Made by a program: the position numbers and the translations under genes. Positions 52,383 to 53,642 of a stretch of DNA of 53,642 bases are shown here, one piece after another. The notes below the pieces were generated by a model. The model saw nothing but the letters and a program-made list of their open reading frames with translations. It was not told the DNA's origin and did not search any database. The stretch comes from Welwitschia mirabilis. Taxonomy: Eukaryota. Numbering within the stretch: the first letter of the stretch is position 1; every line of letters begins with the position of its first letter. Location: positions 45,999,428-46,053,069 of the forward strand of contig JBOZIK010000001.1 of assembly GCA_051453625.1 (NCBI GenBank). Direction: 5' to 3'.

Positions 52383-53250
52383 TATTAGGATCGATTGATA
52401 CCCTAAAGAAAGGGGGGAAGGGGAGGGGGGCGGAGGGTGTGAATAGGGTGAATTATTAAAAAAACTAATTAATTTTAGGAAGCTAAAAACTAAAATTTTC
52501 TTAAGAAAATAAATAAAAAATAATTAAAATAAGAACACAATAAAATGAAATTGAACAAGCATAAAGAGTGCACCATAGATTTATAGTGGCTCAGCAATCC
52601 TCAACTACTCCATTCATAAAGGTTGCTAATGTGCTCTCAACCTTTTGGTTCCCTTAAAACACCTTTCTATAGGGTACCTTATAATACCCTTCACTAAGGG
52701 TTCCTTTACAATACCTTTCTCAAAGATTAGATTACTCAACTATGGAGCATTCACTAGGATTTAATTCAATTAATTGTTCTAATGGATTGCATGCCTTTTA
52801 TGCATAATGCATCAGCTTTGTAGTACAATGAACTCTCTAAGAGATGATACAAGTTAGGAGTAGAGATAGAAAGGGATAAAGTTTTCTATTTAGAAAATTA
52901 TATCACAAATTTACGGTTGATTTTGAATTAGGCATAGCGCCTTTTATAGACTCTCTTGTAAAACTAGCTATTTAAACCTTAACAAAAGTGCAATGCATTA
53001 TTGTTAACAATGCTAGGAGTTTTCTTAGCCATTCCCTTTTTGAACATCATGCTTACATAGTTTGAATTGTTAGCTTTTGCTCCAACATTCACCTAGTTAG
53101 ACATCCCCTTCAAATAATCCAAATGTCCCTCTTTTTACTGTGAGAAACTGAGTGTAACCTAGACATTTTAGTTTTATAGGTTAGACATCGCTATACATTT
53201 TGACTGAACTTTTCCCTAGATGTCCCAGTTTAATAGGGTGGATGTTTTCA
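52383..53250 (-). mobile_element. Sirevirus-like LTR fragment
   Basis: G-run followed by GTGAATAGG (~52410-52447), GATTTATAGTGG (~52578), CTATTTAAA (~52968) and AGACAT/ATGTC repeats. Confidence 0.6.
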
Positions 53251-53252
53251 TA

Positions 53253-53642
53253 TATTGAATTTACAGGATCATGAAACCTAGAGGGGTATGAATAGGACTT
53301 CTAAAAAAAAATTTAAATAATTATTACTACCAAAAGAAATTATGCATAAAAAGATATAACAAAATAAAATCAAAAAGTAGAATCAAAATAAATGCATAAG
53401 ACAAGATTTATAGTGGTTTGGGAAACATCCTATTCCACTCTTAGAAGATAGTCAATAACCAAGACTATTCCAAATCTTTGTTTCATCACTATGCACTAGG
53501 TTTTCAAGGCTAACCTTCAACCTTACAAAGTGGACTTTTTAATGCTAAGACTTAACCTTCGTAAACAAACTTTTGCAAGCTAAGTCTCAACCTCTTCAAA
53601 TGGACTTTTATAGTCTAAGTATCTACATTTATAAAATGCACA
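53253..53642 (-). mobile_element. Second Sirevirus-like LTR, runs off the window end
   Basis: CCTAGAGGGGTATGAATAGG (~53277-53296) and AGATTTATAGTGGTTTGG (~53404). Confidence 0.6.

Noticed and set aside
52410..52448. G-rich runs here and at ~35670-35698 as functional G-quadruplexes
   Set aside because: The first is an expanded G-tract of the Sirevirus LTR terminal motif and the second has no supporting context.

Overview
This is AT-rich plant nuclear DNA from a scaffolded assembly with 8 N-gaps. It has one clear host gene: a compact 6-exon clade I SWEET sugar transporter (SWEET1-like, + strand, 14825-16158, 244 aa). The gene sits in a ~3 kb island that retains CpG and CAG/CTG. Nearly everything else is nested, decayed retrotransposon sequence. 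This includes L1-type LINE fragments on both sides of the gene, a CRM-like Ty3/Gypsy relic, several Athila-like elements, a Sirevirus-like Ty1/Copia, other Copia relics and Tekay-like LTR pieces. One Athila-like element (40404-48346) is structurally complete, with two LTRs, PBS, PPT and a GTGTT target-site duplication, but has no RT or RNase H. The repeats show an extreme C>T/G>A transition bias, 32 of 35 differences in a hand-aligned 200 bp LTR pair. Most ORF-track entries are spurious or are relic fragments. I found no CRISPR array, RNA gene or prokaryotic system, and no clear new biological system. The best leads are the RT-less Athila-like element with an unrecognised long ORF relic, the atypical SWEET pocket residues, and the deamination landscape. 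Family assignments come from remembered consensus motifs, not database searches.
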